A stretch of 63,555 bases of DNA, counting the filler, from Octopus bimaculoides (lineage: Eukaryota): the NCBI RefSeq assembly GCF_001194135.2. It is 9 parts of 9 records of this genome, joined end to end, with 100 filler letters (N's around TTAATTAATTAA, not from the genome) between each part and the next. Parts side by side here need not be neighbours in the genome. Positions count along the whole stretch, not along the records: positions 62,490 to 63,555 come from NW_026378528.1; 8 more parts are not named here. The stretch is one strand, 5' to 3'. The translations under genes and the position numbers were made by a program. How positions within the stretch are numbered: the stretch's first letter is position 1; each line of letters starts with the position of its first letter. A model generated the notes under the pieces. That model saw only the letters and a program-made list of their open reading frames with translations, had not been told where the DNA came from and did not search any database. Below are positions 62,493 to 63,555 of the stretch, piece after piece.

Positions 62493-62580
62493 GCAGTACG
62501 TACGTTTCGTACAAGCTCTATTTATTCATGTAGTGAGAAAACCACATAGAATGTACAATGAAAATGTACTCCTCACCTGC
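62493..62580 (-). ncRNA. Type-I HHR-like motif, one substitution (C3 to G) from consensus
   Basis: GCAG GTGAGGA GTACA...TGTAC GAA ACGTACGT A CTGC. Stem I is 4 bp, stem II is 5 bp, stem III is palindromic, and the site is GUA. Confidence 0.7.
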
Positions 62581-63359
62581 ATAATGGAATTTCATTTTAG
62601 AAAGACATTTTGAAGATGTTTGCAAAAAACAAGAGTAAGAGAAGAAAACATACCATCTCGACTATGCTGCTGTTTCACAGACAAGTGAATCAAACAAGAA
62701 TTTAAAATCTAATAGGAGGGATAGTAGTAATTTCAAATTTAGAGGACAACAGGTTAAGTAGTGATGGACAGCGGGTTAGGGGTAAATCAAGCATGAGGGG
62801 AAAAAAAGGAAATGGAAGGACAATACACTAAGGAGTGGTAAGAATTTGGAAAAAAGTTAAGGTAAAGGAATTAAGGTCAAGGTATTAAAAAAATATATCT
62901 ATTCTACAGTATAATTAGAATAATAGAATGAAACACTAAATTACTAAGTTTAAAACTATAGGGAACAATAATAATTAGAACAAGATAAACATATCTAGTT
63001 AAAATAAGATATACATTAATGTGGGGTAGTATTATTTATGAGTAAAACCATAATATTAATGGCCAAAACCCGAACAGAAAGAAAGGGGAGAAGAAGGAAG
63101 CGGAAAAAAGGGAAAAGAATAAAGTTAGAAAAACAGGACTAAATTAAGAGAATTAAAGCTAAGGTTTTCGAAAAAATAATAGGTAGAAGAAACTCAGAAT
63201 TACCTAGAGAAAATGTAGGAATACTATCAGTGAGTTGGGAGAGGTTAAAATGTATTCTAAGTTTATATTAAAAGTCATACCTCAAATAAAATAGTTATTA
63301 GTCAGGGAAATGAGAGAAACTAAATTAAAAATTAGCAAGATTTACTTTTTAAAAAATAT

Positions 63360-63554
63360 TTACTTTTTAAAATATTTAAAGGTGCGGGAGTAACAATGCA
63401 CACATAGAACCCTAAGGTCAGATCTATTGTTAATTAGATTAGGATTATCCTTAAGTTTAAAAATTTCGTAAATTTCCATAGAGCACAGCCCATAACCATA
63501 TCTAATATTTCTATAAGGTTGTGCTCTCCTGACGATTTCCCATTTAAGATTAAA
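63360..63554 (-). mobile_element. C-terminus of a Penelope-like ORF (continues beyond the window)
   Basis: Open frame FNLKWEIVRRAQPY...LCSMEIYEI...LINNRSDL...CVH...* matches the PLE tail W-x-I...PY...LC..E...LN-x-R-S-E...C-x-H. Confidence 0.7.
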
Positions 63555-63555
63555 A

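Overview
Repeat-dominated, gap-riddled eukaryotic DNA, most likely an Octopus genome. This is inferred from the tRNA-SINE families, dense (TA)n/(CA)n/(TAGA)n microsatellites and a cephalopod-style tandem C2H2 zinc-finger ORF; no database was searched. Only one credible host gene is visible: an 11-finger C2H2 ORF at 58564-59604 (-), embedded in decayed finger remnants on both sides. The rest is transposon debris: four Penelope-like element (PLE) relics, two copies of an unusual LTR retrotransposon (PR-RT-RH-IN), R4/Dong, RTE and L1/Tx1-like LINE fragments, mariner, MULE and Helitron relics, MITEs and many SINEs. The most interesting signal is a set of about ten type-I hammerhead-ribozyme (HHR)-like motifs from several unrelated sequence families. 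Two lie downstream of PLE ORF ends. Two form the outer tips of a 1.5-kb inverted-repeat structure (14790-16299), whose right-arm copy keeps both catalytic boxes intact. Eight artificial 100-nt spacers (44N-TTAATTAATTAA-44N) mark scaffold joins, so adjacency across them is not trustworthy. Most long X-rich or CV/YI/HT-rich ORFs in the supplied track are artefacts of gaps and microsatellites.
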